From Verrucomicrobiia bacterium (GTDB taxonomy: Bacteria; Verrucomicrobiota; Verrucomicrobiia; Limisphaerales; UBA11358), in contig DASXYX010000028.1 in the NCBI GenBank assembly GCA_036502245.1, positions 96,637 to 160,636 of the forward strand: a stretch of 64,000 nucleotides of DNA, given 5' to 3'. This document shows, in pieces, positions 53,031-61,978 of the stretch. A program made the position numbers and the translations under genes. Within the stretch, counting starts at the first letter, position 1; each line of letters begins with the position of its first letter. The notes beneath the pieces were generated by a model that saw only the letters and a program-made list of their open reading frames with translations, searched no databases and was not told the origin of the DNA.

Positions 53031-53116
53031 ATTTGATAACGGACACGTTACTCCTCGCACGCATTAGATTGAACGCCGTTGACATCCAGATTGTTTAATG
53101 CCTAACTGACTACTGC

Positions 53117-53470
53117 GTGAAGCAATTGTACGCCATTCTATTCTGCGTGTTGGTGATGTGGGCGCAAGTCGCCCCCACATCAGCAAGCACAGTCTTGTCG
53201 CCATGTTGCAAAATGGCTGGCAAGGATTGTTGTGCCGCATCATCCGGGAACAGCGATTGCTGCGTTGCGCCTCCTTCATCAGATTCAAAACCAACGCCTG
53301 CGATTCCGGCGCAACAAAAAGTTCAAAATCAAATTTCGCTCCTCGTCCCGGCAATGGTGATTTGGACATTGCCGGCTAATGAGGCCATTTCCTTTTCTTC
53401 CACCCCGGTATCGCCATTGGCGGCCACCGGCGCTTCGTTATACGCGCGCAATTGCGCCCTGCTTCTCTGA
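53117..53470 (+). CDS. Hypothetical exported Cys-rich small protein (candidate metal-binding)
   Basis: 117-aa ORF, GTG start. Signal-like N-terminus. Three CC doublets in 20 residues (CCKMAGKDCCAASSGNSDCC). 136 nt upstream of the HMBD gene ATG (53607) on the same strand. Gene reality unproven. Confidence 0.45.
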   Translation: MKQLYAILFCVLVMWAQVAPTSASTVLSPCCKMAGKDCCAASSGNSDCCVAPPSSDSKPTPAIPAQQKVQNQISLLVPAMVIWTLPANEAISFSSTPVSPLAATGASLYARNCALLL

Positions 53471-53606
53471 TTTAGCCCCTTCTAAAGCTCGTGGTGTGCC
53501 TTGAGACGGCGCGCCTGTTTTCCTCTCTTTCTCCACGGAATTTTGTGCCCGTGAATTGCCCCTAAAGTCCCGCCGCGCATGAATGGCGGAAGAAAAATTT
53601 GAACCT

Positions 53607-54044
53607 ATGAAAACGAATAAGATTTTGATGATAGCTTTAGCCGCTTTTATCGGCTTTGGCATGGTAATGATTTTAAACCATGCTCGTTCCCAATCCACCA
53701 GCGACCGGAAAGCCCTTTACTATACCTGTCCGATGCACCCGTCTGTCAAAGCAGACAAACCCGGGAGTTGCCCCATTTGCGGCATGAACCTTGAGCCGGT
53801 TTACGGAGATGATGCCACCAACACAGTCTCCAGCGGCACAAACAACGCGACGACGAATTCCGCCGCTAAACCGTATCCCTTCGACACCTGCCTGGTTGAT
53901 GGAATGAAGCTCGGCAGCATGGGCGATCCGTATGTGTTCGTCTACCAGGGGCAGGAGGTCAAATTTTGTTGCGTCAGTTGCAAGCCGGTTTTCCTGAACG
54001 ATCCCGACAAATATCTAAAAAAGATCCAGGACACCCAAAAATAA
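53607..54044 (+). CDS. Membrane-anchored heavy-metal-binding-domain (HMBD) protein with C-terminal Cys motif
   Basis: TM anchor. [27 protein letters not shown] (HMBD). C-terminal ..DTCLVDG....[10 protein letters not shown].. TRASH/YHS-like. Alternative start at 53583. Confidence 0.75.
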   Translation: MKTNKILMIALAAFIGFGMVMILNHARSQSTSDRKALYYTCPMHPSVKADKPGSCPICGMNLEPVYGDDATNTVSSGTNNATTNSAAKPYPFDTCLVDGMKLGSMGDPYVFVYQGQEVKFCCVSCKPVFLNDPDKYLKKIQDTQK

Positions 54045-54045
54045 T

Positions 54046-54915
54046 ATGAAAGCAAAATTCATTCTATTTGTGATCGTCGTGTTGGCAGCTATCGCGGTTT
54101 TTATCCACCTTCCGGCAAAGTTCAGTTCCGCGTCGGCGTCCAATGGCCGCAAAGCGCTTTACTACACTTGCGCGATGCACCCGTGGGTCAGAGAAAACAA
54201 ACCCGGCCCATGCCCGGTTTGCGGCATGAACCTGACACCGGTGTATACCGATGAAAACGGCGCGGCAACCAATCAGGACGGCGATCCCGGCACCGTCACC
54301 CTTGAATCTGAAAGCATCAGCGCCATCAACGTGCAGACGGATCTGGTTGAGCGGCGTCCCCTGCGGCACACGTTGCATCTTTCCGGGCAGATCACCGGCA
54401 ATTCGGCGCAAGCGGCATGGTTCGAGTTCACCGCCTATCAACGCGATCTGGAATGGCTCAAGATCGGCCAAACGCTCAATATTTTTGTGGCCGGGCTGCC
54501 GGACAAAATTTTTACGGCGCAGATTAAACTGCACGGCACTCAACCGTTTGCCGACATAAATTTCGACATGATGACCAGCAGCACAACCATTCGCGCGGAG
54601 ATTTCCGATCCACCGGTTGAAGTTGGTGATTTGGGCAAAGCAAAACTGTTCAACGGCCTTCATGCCGAAGCTCATCTGGTGGCTGAAACCGGGCCGACGT
54701 TGACGATCCCGCGCAGCGCAATCATTTCACGCGGTATCGGTGCAATGGTCTATGTGGATAAAGGCAACGGCCACTACGCGCCGCGAGCCGTGGAGCTTGG
54801 CCGCATCGGCGATGAATTTGCCGAAGTGACCGCCGGGTTGAATGAAGGGGAAAAAGTCGTCACCACCGGAAACGTGTTGATCGATTCGGAAGCGCAACTC
54901 AACGCCGGCGAATAA
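54046..54915 (+). CDS. cusB: RND efflux periplasmic adaptor (CusB-like), short form with N-terminal HMBD
   Basis: TM anchor. YYTCAMHPWVRENKPGPCPVCGMNLTP. Barrel-sandwich/beta-barrel/MP-like segments. Only 289 aa, with no obvious alpha-hairpin. Confidence 0.8.
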   Translation: MKAKFILFVIVVLAAIAVFIHLPAKFSSASASNGRKALYYTCAMHPWVRENKPGPCPVCGMNLTPVYTDENGAATNQDGDPGTVTLESESISAINVQTDLVERRPLRHTLHLSGQITGNSAQAAWFEFTAYQRDLEWLKIGQTLNIFVAGLPDKIFTAQIKLHGTQPFADINFDMMTSSTTIRAEISDPPVEVGDLGKAKLFNGLHAEAHLVAETGPTLTIPRSAIISRGIGAMVYVDKGNGHYAPRAVELGRIGDEFAEVTAGLNEGEKVVTTGNVLIDSEAQLNAGE

Positions 54916-54918
54916 TTT

Positions 54919-57900
54919 ATGATCAATCGCATCATCGAATGGTCGTTGCGCAATCGTTTCCTCGTTGTTTGCAGCGCATTATTGCTCGCCGGATTTGGCG
55001 TTCGCGCCCTGTATCAAACGCCCGTGGATGCCATTCCCGATCTGAGCGAAAACCAGGTCGTCGTCTATGCCGATTGGATGGGGCGCAGTCCGCAAGAAGT
55101 TGAAGATCAGGTCACATATCCGCTCTCGGTGAATCTTCAAGGTTTGGCAGGAGTGAAGGCCGTTCGCGCGGCTTCCATGTTCGGCTTCTCGCTCATCACG
55201 GTTGTTTTTGATGATAAGATCGACAATTACTTTGCCCGCTCACGGGTGCTGGAGCGGTTGAATGACCTCGGCGACATTTTGCCGCAAGGCGTTGACCCAA
55301 AACTCGGCCCTGATGCCACTGGCCTGGGCTGGATTTACGAATACTACCTGGATGTTGACCCTAAATTTTCTCCCAAAGGCGGTTACGATTTAGGTCAACT
55401 GCGCTCAATTCAGGACTGGTTTGTCCGCTACCAGCTCAATTCCGTGCTCGGCGTTGCCGAAGTGGCCGGCATCGGCGGTGAAGTGCAGCAATATCAGATC
55501 GAAGTCTCATCGCTCAAAATGCGTGACCATGGCGTGATGCTCATGGATGTGATGAATGCCGTGAAGGAGAGCAACCTCAATGTCGGTGGAAAAACCATCG
55601 ACGAAAATGGCATGGAGTTTGTCGTGCGCGGCCTGGGCCTCATCCATTCTCTTTCAGATTTGGAAAATATTGTCGTTGCCCAAAACAATGGAATGCCTGT
55701 TTACCTGAAGGATGTGGCGACAGTTCAACTGGGCGGCGATTTCCGGCGTGGCGCGCTTGATGTGAACGGCCATGAAGTGGTCGGCGGTGTCGTGGTCATG
55801 CGCAACGGACAAAATGCGATGACTGTGATCCAGGCGGTGAAAAATAAAATCGCGCAAATTTCTTCCAGCCTGCCGCCCGGCGTCAGTATCAAGCCATTTT
55901 ATGACCGGAGCGACCTGATCTCCCGCACGCTGGATACGCTGAAACACGCGTTGACGGAAGAAATCATCCTGGTCACGGTCGTCATCATCATTTTCCTCTT
56001 TCATTTCCGCAGCATCTTTATCGTCGCGCTGCCGTTGCCGCTTTCGATCCTCGTTTCATTCATCCTGATGAATCATTTCGGCATCTCGTCAAATATCATG
56101 TCGCTGTCCGGCCTCGCCATTGCCATAGGCGTTCTGGTGGATGCTGGGATTGTGATGGTCGAAAATGTCATCCGCCAATGCGAGTGCGCGGAACGGGAAA
56201 AAGGCCGTCTGCTCAACAGTGCCGAAATTTTTGATGTTACGCTCGTGGCGGCTAAACAAGTCGGACGTCCGATCTTTTTTGCCGTGGTCATCATCATTTT
56301 GGCGTTCGTTCCCGTGTTCGCCTTGAGCGGGCAGGAAGGAAAATTGTTCCATCCGTTGGCATTCACCAAGACCTTTGCCATGATCGGCGCAGCGGTTTTG
56401 GCGATCACGCTCGTGCCTGTTTTGTGCGCCACGTTCATTCGCGGGCCATTCCAGGCGGAACAGGAAAACTGGTTAATGCGCGGATTGCTTGCCCTTTACG
56501 ATCCGGTTTTGAATTCAGCGCTCCGGTTTCGGAAAACCGTTCTGACACTGGCTGCCCTTTCGATTGCCATCGCCCTGGTCCTTGCCTTCGGCCTGCCGCA
56601 ATCGATTGTTTCTTTCATTTCAAAGAGTGATCCGCGGCTGGCTGCAAAATTACCACAAGGGATGGGCAGCGAATTCATGCCGCCGCTCAATGAAGGCAGC
56701 CTGCTTTTTATGCCCGTTCTGCTGCCGCAAGTATCACTTTCAGAAGTTCAGCGCATCATGGCGTGGCAGGACACGGTAATCAAGCAGACGCCGGAAGTTG
56801 AATCTGTCGCCGGCAAACTTGGCCGCGCCGACACGCCGACCGACCCGGCCCCGGCGCAAATGATCGAGACAACCATCATGCTTAAGCCCGAATCCGAATG
56901 GCGTCCGGGCATGACGAAAGACAAATTGATCGCCGAACTCACCGAAAAACTCGGCCGTGTTCCGGGATATGTGCCCGGATTTTTGCAGCCGATCCAAAAT
57001 CGCATCCTGATGATCAGCACCGGTATTCGCGCGCAGGTTGGCATCAAAGTTCTTGGTGATGATCTGGATGCCATCCAACAAAAGGCATTTGAGATTGAGC
57101 GCGTCGTCCGGGACATTCCGGGCGCCATCGGCGTGGTGGCTTCGCGGATGCAGGGCAAACCCTATCTGGATATCGAAGTGAATCGCGCCCATTTGTCGCA
57201 TTATGGATTGCGCGCGCAGGACATTTTGGATGTGGTTGAAACTGGCATTGGCGGCATGAATGTTTCGACGGTGATCAATGGGCGCGAACGTATCCCGATC
57301 CAGGTTCGCCTTGCTCGCGACGAACGCGACGACATTGAAAAACTTGGCGACATCCTTGTGCCGACAGGCATGGGCAAGTTCATTCCTCTCGGCCAGGTTG
57401 CCACTATCAACCGCGTTGTAGGTCCGGATGAGATTGATAGTGAAAATGGCCAGTTGCGCGTCTTCGTCCAGGCCAATGTGCAGGGCCGCGACCTGAGCAG
57501 CTTTGTGAAGGAAGCGCAAGAACGCATCGCCAAAGCGATCCAATTGCCGCCGGGCATGACCATCGAATGGAGCGGGCAATATGAAGACCAAATCCGCGCC
57601 CAACACACGTTGGAACTCATCGTGCCAACGGCGTTGTTCATCATTTTCCTGCTCCTCTATATTGTCTATCACAGTCTGAAAGAGGCGGCGCATGTCATTC
57701 TAGCCGTGCCATTCGCGCTGACCGGCGGTGTCTTTTTGCAATGGTTGCTCGGCTATAACTTCAGCGTCGCCGTTTGGGTCGGTTACATCGCGTTGTTCGG
57801 AACGGCCATCCAGACCGGTGTCGTCATGGTCGTTTATCTCCAGGAATCTGTAGCCAAAAAGCGGGCGGAATCCGGCGGACAGATTTCCCCTGCAGAATTG

Positions 57901-58143
57901 TTACAGGCGGTGAAGGACGGGGCGCGGTTGCGGTTGCGTCCTGTCGTGATGACCGTGGCCACCATCGTCGCCAGTCTTCTGCCGATTTTATGGAGCCATC
58001 GCGCCGGTTCGGAAGTGATGAAGCCTCTGGCCGCCCCGATCATCGGCGGCATGATCAGCAGCCTGGCCTGTATCCTGATCGTGACACCGGTGATTTTTGC
58101 ATGGTTGCGCGAACGGGAAATTAAGACAAACTCAAAACCGTGA
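54919..58143 (+). CDS. cusA: CusA/CzcA-family heavy-metal efflux RND permease
   Basis: 1074 aa. MINRIIEWSLRNRFLV N-terminus and 12-TM/two-large-loop architecture typical of the HME-RND family. Confidence 0.93.
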   Translation: MINRIIEWSLRNRFLVVCSALLLAGFGVRALYQTPVDAIPDLSENQVVVYADWMGRSPQEVEDQVTYPLSVNLQGLAGVKAVRAASMFGFSLITVVFDDKIDNYFARSRVLERLNDLGDILPQGVDPKLGPDATGLGWIYEYYLDVDPKFSPKGGYDLGQLRSIQDWFVRYQLNSVLGVAEVAGIGGEVQQYQIEVSSLKMRDHGVMLMDVMNAVKESNLNVGGKTIDENGMEFVVRGLGLIHSLSDLENIVVAQNNGMPVYLKDVATVQLGGDFRRGALDVNGHEVVGGVVVMRNGQNAMTVIQAVKNKIAQISSSLPPGVSIKPFYDRSDLISRTLDTLKHALTEEIILVTVVIIIFLFHFRSIFIVALPLPLSILVSFILMNHFGISSNIMSLSGLAIAIGVLVDAGIVMVENVIRQCECAEREKGRLLNSAEIFDVTLVAAKQVGRPIFFAVVIIILAFVPVFALSGQEGKLFHPLAFTKTFAMIGAAVLAITLVPVLCATFIRGPFQAEQENWLMRGLLALYDPVLNSALRFRKTVLTLAALSIAIALVLAFGLPQSIVSFISKSDPRLAAKLPQGMGSEFMPPLNEGSLLFMPVLLPQVSLSEVQRIMAWQDTVIKQTPEVESVAGKLGRADTPTDPAPAQMIETTIMLKPESEWRPGMTKDKLIAELTEKLGRVPGYVPGFLQPIQNRILMISTGIRAQVGIKVLGDDLDAIQQKAFEIERVVRDIPGAIGVVASRMQGKPYLDIEVNRAHLSHYGLRAQDILDVVETGIGGMNVSTVINGRERIPIQVRLARDERDDIEKLGDILVPTGMGKFIPLGQVATINRVVGPDEIDSENGQLRVFVQANVQGRDLSSFVKEAQERIAKAIQLPPGMTIEWSGQYEDQIRAQHTLELIVPTALFIIFLLLYIVYHSLKEAAHVILAVPFALTGGVFLQWLLGYNFSVAVWVGYIALFGTAIQTGVVMVVYLQESVAKKRAESGGQISPAELLQAVKDGARLRLRPVVMTVATIVASLLPILWSHRAGSEVMKPLAAPIIGGMISSLACILIVTPVIFAWLREREIKTNSKP

Positions 58144-59264
58144 CTTGGCTTTGGCACAGTTTGTATGCGACGGCTGCGATGCTCTGGGAAACCCTCTGGG
58201 CATTGGTGCTGGGATTCAGCATGTCAGCGTGCTTGCAGGTATTCTTCCGGAAAGACGAAGTCACAAAGTATTTTGGCCTGACGAACCTGCGATCGGTCGG
58301 GCTGGCAACATTTCTAGGCGCGGTCAGTTCGTCCTGTTCCTATGCGGCGGCGGCAGCCGGCAAAACGGCCTTCAAAAAAGGCGCCGCGCTCGTGCCGATG
58401 CTGGCCTTCATGTTCGCCTCGACCAACCTCGTGTTGGAACTGGGCTTTCTTCTCTGGCTGCTGTTGGGCTGGCAATTTGTTCTGGCCGAAATCGCTGGCG
58501 CCCTGGCGCTCATCGCCGTCATGTGGTTGCTGATCAAACTGACTTTGCCTAAAGGACTGGTGGAGTCGGCGCGGGCGCACGAGGCCGAAGAAGTGAAATC
58601 GTGTTGCGGTGAATGTTGCGGATCGGAAAGTGCAGCCAGCACTCGAACGTTTTCGGAAATGATCAAACGCCGCGAAGCATGGCAACAAGTCGCCAACGCC
58701 TTTATGGGCGATGTGATGATGTTATGGAAAGAAATGCTCATCGGGTTTTTCATCGCCGGATTATTGATGACGCTGGTCCCCGAAAATGCGTGGGCGAAAT
58801 TATTTATTGCGCATCAAGCCGGCTTCACCCGGCTGGGTGAAAACGCGGTCATCGGAGTGCTCATCGGCATCGCTTCCTTTGCGTGTTCCTGCGGCAACAT
58901 TCCCTTGGCAGCCGTTTTGTGGTCCGGCGGCATCAGTTTTGGCGGCGTAATCTCATTCATTTATGCCGATTTGATTACCATCCCGTTGATTCTCATTTAC
59001 CGGAAATATTACGGCGCCAAAGCCGCGCTCTACCTCACCGCCATCATGTTTGTGTCCATGGTGATCGCCGGGATTGTTGTGGACCTGCTTTTCAATGCGT
59101 TGGGCCTGATCCCAACTGTGCATCCGCTTAACGCTATCGCCCAGGCTCCTTTTCAATGGAACTACACGACCTGGTTGAATTTCATCGCCCTGATCCTTAT
59201 CGGTTGGTTTGCTTTCATGCGCCTTGCGAAAAAGAGCATCTCAAAACCGATGGCCGCTCAATAA
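58140..59264 (+). CDS. Permease of the DUF318/ArsP-like family with Cys-rich loop
   Basis: 374 aa. GTG start overlaps the cusA stop (GTGA). CSYAAAA and FACSCGNIPLAAVL motifs typical of this family. Loop KSCCGECCGSES. Confidence 0.8.
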   Translation: MTWLWHSLYATAAMLWETLWALVLGFSMSACLQVFFRKDEVTKYFGLTNLRSVGLATFLGAVSSSCSYAAAAAGKTAFKKGAALVPMLAFMFASTNLVLELGFLLWLLLGWQFVLAEIAGALALIAVMWLLIKLTLPKGLVESARAHEAEEVKSCCGECCGSESAASTRTFSEMIKRREAWQQVANAFMGDVMMLWKEMLIGFFIAGLLMTLVPENAWAKLFIAHQAGFTRLGENAVIGVLIGIASFACSCGNIPLAAVLWSGGISFGGVISFIYADLITIPLILIYRKYYGAKAALYLTAIMFVSMVIAGIVVDLLFNALGLIPTVHPLNAIAQAPFQWNYTTWLNFIALILIGWFAFMRLAKKSISKPMAAQ

Positions 59265-59414
59265 GCGCGGATAGAAAAAAATTTATTTCCCTTCCTCTTT
59301 TTGCACGACTGCCCCCAGTAAGATTGCACTTTGCAGAATTCATCACCTCACCTCGAAATGAATCGTGCATATCTTAATGTCACGCCATGGCATTGCTAAT
59401 GCTCATTACAAATT

Positions 59415-59894
59415 ATGAAACTAAAACTCATCATATTTATGACCGCCACGATAGTTGCCGCGGCCATGCTGGCTGTTGGCGCGCCCGGCGGTGGTGCGGC
59501 AGCGGGCGGCGGCGGGAGTGCTTCCAGTGGTCCAGCTCCTTCAGCTCCTTCGGTAACGCCCGCCCAAATCACTCCAGCATCTCCGTCCCAATCAGCAGCC
59601 CAGGCGCAACCACCCCAGGCTTCGCAGCCCAATAACAGCCAGAATTTAAATCCCAATAATCCAAATAATGTCATTCCTGGCAACCCCGGTACCAATACTG
59701 CGTCCGGCAATCCAAATATGATCACGAATTCGTCGGTATCGCCAAACAGCGGCATAATGACCAACGGCGGCGGGACCATCCAAACGAATGCCAATTCTTT
59801 AGGTACCAATTCGATGGGTTATATGACCAACTCTGCCGCCGTTTACACCAATGTGTTAAATATTCAAACGAACGCGCCCTATTACCAGCATTGA
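59415..59894 (+). CDS. Hypothetical secreted low-complexity (Gly/Pro/Asn/Ser-rich) protein
   Basis: Signal-like N-terminus MKLKLIIFMTATIVAAAMLAV. The rest is compositionally biased. Uncertain. Confidence 0.45.
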   Translation: MKLKLIIFMTATIVAAAMLAVGAPGGGAAAGGGGSASSGPAPSAPSVTPAQITPASPSQSAAQAQPPQASQPNNSQNLNPNNPNNVIPGNPGTNTASGNPNMITNSSVSPNSGIMTNGGGTIQTNANSLGTNSMGYMTNSAAVYTNVLNIQTNAPYYQH

Positions 59895-59927
59895 CGGCAA
59901 GCAGTTTATCGGAACACGCGCTCGAAA

Positions 59928-61619
59928 ATGAAAATCTCTTCGATAAATTTAAAAAGGTTCAAGGAGATCGCCGCCCTGCTCTGGAAATACGGCCATTCGG
60001 ACCTTGTTCGTCAGATGAATTTTGGCGATGAATTGGACGCCGAATTGCGCGAAGTCAAAACTTCCCCGTCCGGCAAAGCCTCGCCCGAAGAGCTGGCTGA
60101 TGACCTGGAAGCCATGGGCCCCACGTTCATCAAGATTGGCCAACTGCTTTCCAGCCGCTCGGACCTTTTGCCGCCCGCTTATCTCGAAGCGTTGGCGCGA
60201 CTGCAGGACAACGTAAAACCGTTCTCCTTCGAAGAAGTCGAGCAGATCATTTTGTCCGAGCTGGGCGTTCGTGTCTCCAAAGCGTTCTCGGATTTTAATC
60301 CAAAACCGATCGCCGCCGCGTCTTTGGGACAGGTTCACGGCGCCGCGTTGCGTGATGGGCGACAGGTCATCGTCAAAGTGCAGCGCCCGGACATCCGCAA
60401 GCAGATCGCCGCCGATTTTGAAGTGCTTTCGCAGATCGCAGAACTTCTCGATACGCATACTGAGTTCGGAAGGCGTTACCGTTTTGTGGAAATGCTCGAA
60501 GAATTTCGCGTCACCATCCAGCAGGAGCTTGATTACGAGCGCGAGGCCCAAAATCTCGTCATCCTGTCCAAAAACCTGGAGGAATTCGACCGCATTCGCA
60601 TTCCCCAACCCGTTGATGATTTCACCACCCGGAGCGTCTTGACCATGGATTACATCCAGGGCAGAAAAATCACCGCGCTTTCGCCATTGACGCGCCTCGA
60701 TACGGACGGCAAACCGCTCGCCGAGGAGTTGTTTAAGGCCTATCTGAAACAGATCATGGTGGATGGGATGTTTCATGCCGATCCGCATCCTGGAAATGTT
60801 TTTCTGACGGACGACGGGCGCATTGCCTTGCTTGATCTTGGAATGGTCGGGCATCTCTCGCCCGGATTGCAGGAAAATCTCTTGAAGCTATTGATGGCTG
60901 TTGGCGAAGAGAACAGCGAGATGGCCGCGGACATCGTGACTCAAATCAGCGAAGTGAGCGACGACTTCGATCGCGTCGAGTTTCACCGGCGCCTCGCCCG
61001 CATCATGACCTTGCAACAAAATCAAAGCCTGGAACATTTGAATGCCGGGAGGGCCTTGATGAAAGTCAGCCGCGCGGCAACCGATAGCGGGCTTTATGCG
61101 CCCAGTGAATTGACGCTCCTGGGCAAAACACTCCTGCATCTCGATGAAGTCGGAAAGATCATTGACCCTGAATTCGATCCTTTCGCTTCGATCCGCCGCA
61201 ACGTGCCCTCGTTGGTCGCGCGTCGCGCGCAAAAAACTCTCACGCCCGGAAATCTGTTCAGTTCGATGTTGGAGATGAAAGACTTCGTCGCGGGCCTGCC
61301 CCGCCGATGCAATCGTTTGATGGACGCCCTCACCAATTCCGAACTGGAGGTCAAAATCAAAACTGTGGACACCGCCACCCTGGTGGAAGGCTTTCAAAAA
61401 ATTGCCAACCGGATCACCGCAGGCATTCTTCTCGCATCGTTGATCCTGGGAGCCTCTCTCCTCATGCGCGTGCAAACTTCCTACGAAATTTTTGGTTATC
61501 CCGCGCTGGCCATCGTTTGTTTTCTCTTTGCCGCCGCCGGCGGCCTGTGGCTGCTCTTCAGCATCTTCTTCCAGGATGAAAAGATCAAAAAAAGTAAAAA
61601 GCCACGTCTGAAGAGTTAA
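59928..61619 (+). CDS. ABC1/UbiB-family atypical kinase
   Basis: ..KIGQLLSSRSDLLPPAYLEALARLQD.., ..AAASLGQVH.. , ..FHADPHPGN.. motifs. Two C-terminal TMs. Confidence 0.9.
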   Translation: MKISSINLKRFKEIAALLWKYGHSDLVRQMNFGDELDAELREVKTSPSGKASPEELADDLEAMGPTFIKIGQLLSSRSDLLPPAYLEALARLQDNVKPFSFEEVEQIILSELGVRVSKAFSDFNPKPIAAASLGQVHGAALRDGRQVIVKVQRPDIRKQIAADFEVLSQIAELLDTHTEFGRRYRFVEMLEEFRVTIQQELDYEREAQNLVILSKNLEEFDRIRIPQPVDDFTTRSVLTMDYIQGRKITALSPLTRLDTDGKPLAEELFKAYLKQIMVDGMFHADPHPGNVFLTDDGRIALLDLGMVGHLSPGLQENLLKLLMAVGEENSEMAADIVTQISEVSDDFDRVEFHRRLARIMTLQQNQSLEHLNAGRALMKVSRAATDSGLYAPSELTLLGKTLLHLDEVGKIIDPEFDPFASIRRNVPSLVARRAQKTLTPGNLFSSMLEMKDFVAGLPRRCNRLMDALTNSELEVKIKTVDTATLVEGFQKIANRITAGILLASLILGASLLMRVQTSYEIFGYPALAIVCFLFAAAGGLWLLFSIFFQDEKIKKSKKPRLKS

Positions 61620-61978
61620 TCTCCCCGATACACCGCCCGTGCGGTGCAAGTCTCTGCCACCACCACTTCAGTCAACAACGGCAGTTTCGGCTTCAACTTC
61701 TTCCAGATCCAAACCGCGATGTTTTCGCTCGTCGGATTTTCCAGGCCGGGAATCTCATTTAGATAATAATGGTCCAGCTTCCCCCAAATCGGCCTGAAGG
61801 CTTCCGAAATGTCCGCGTAATCCATCAACCAGCCGAGTTTCTTATCGCATTCCCCCGCCACCACGATCTCCACCTTGAAACTGTGGCCGTGTAATCGACG
61901 GCACTTGTGCGCTTTGGGCAGATGCGGCAGCAAATGCGCCGCCTCAAATTGAAACGTCTTTCGTAATTCCATTTTCAT
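61616..61978 (-). CDS. queD: 6-carboxy-5,6,7,8-tetrahydropterin synthase (PTPS family)
   Basis: 120 aa. ..FEAAHLLP....KC.RLHGHSF.. zinc/catalytic motif. Confidence 0.92.
   Translation of the reverse strand: MKMELRKTFQFEAAHLLPHLPKAHKCRRLHGHSFKVEIVVAGECDKKLGWLMDYADISEAFRPIWGKLDHYYLNEIPGLENPTSENIAVWIWKKLKPKLPLLTEVVVAETCTARAVYRGD

Noticed and set aside
53080-53108. TTGACA followed 17 nt later by CTAACT as a promoter for the Cys-rich ORF
   Set aside because: The -10 match is poor, and sigma-70 consensus rules may not apply in this lineage. I did not report it as a feature.
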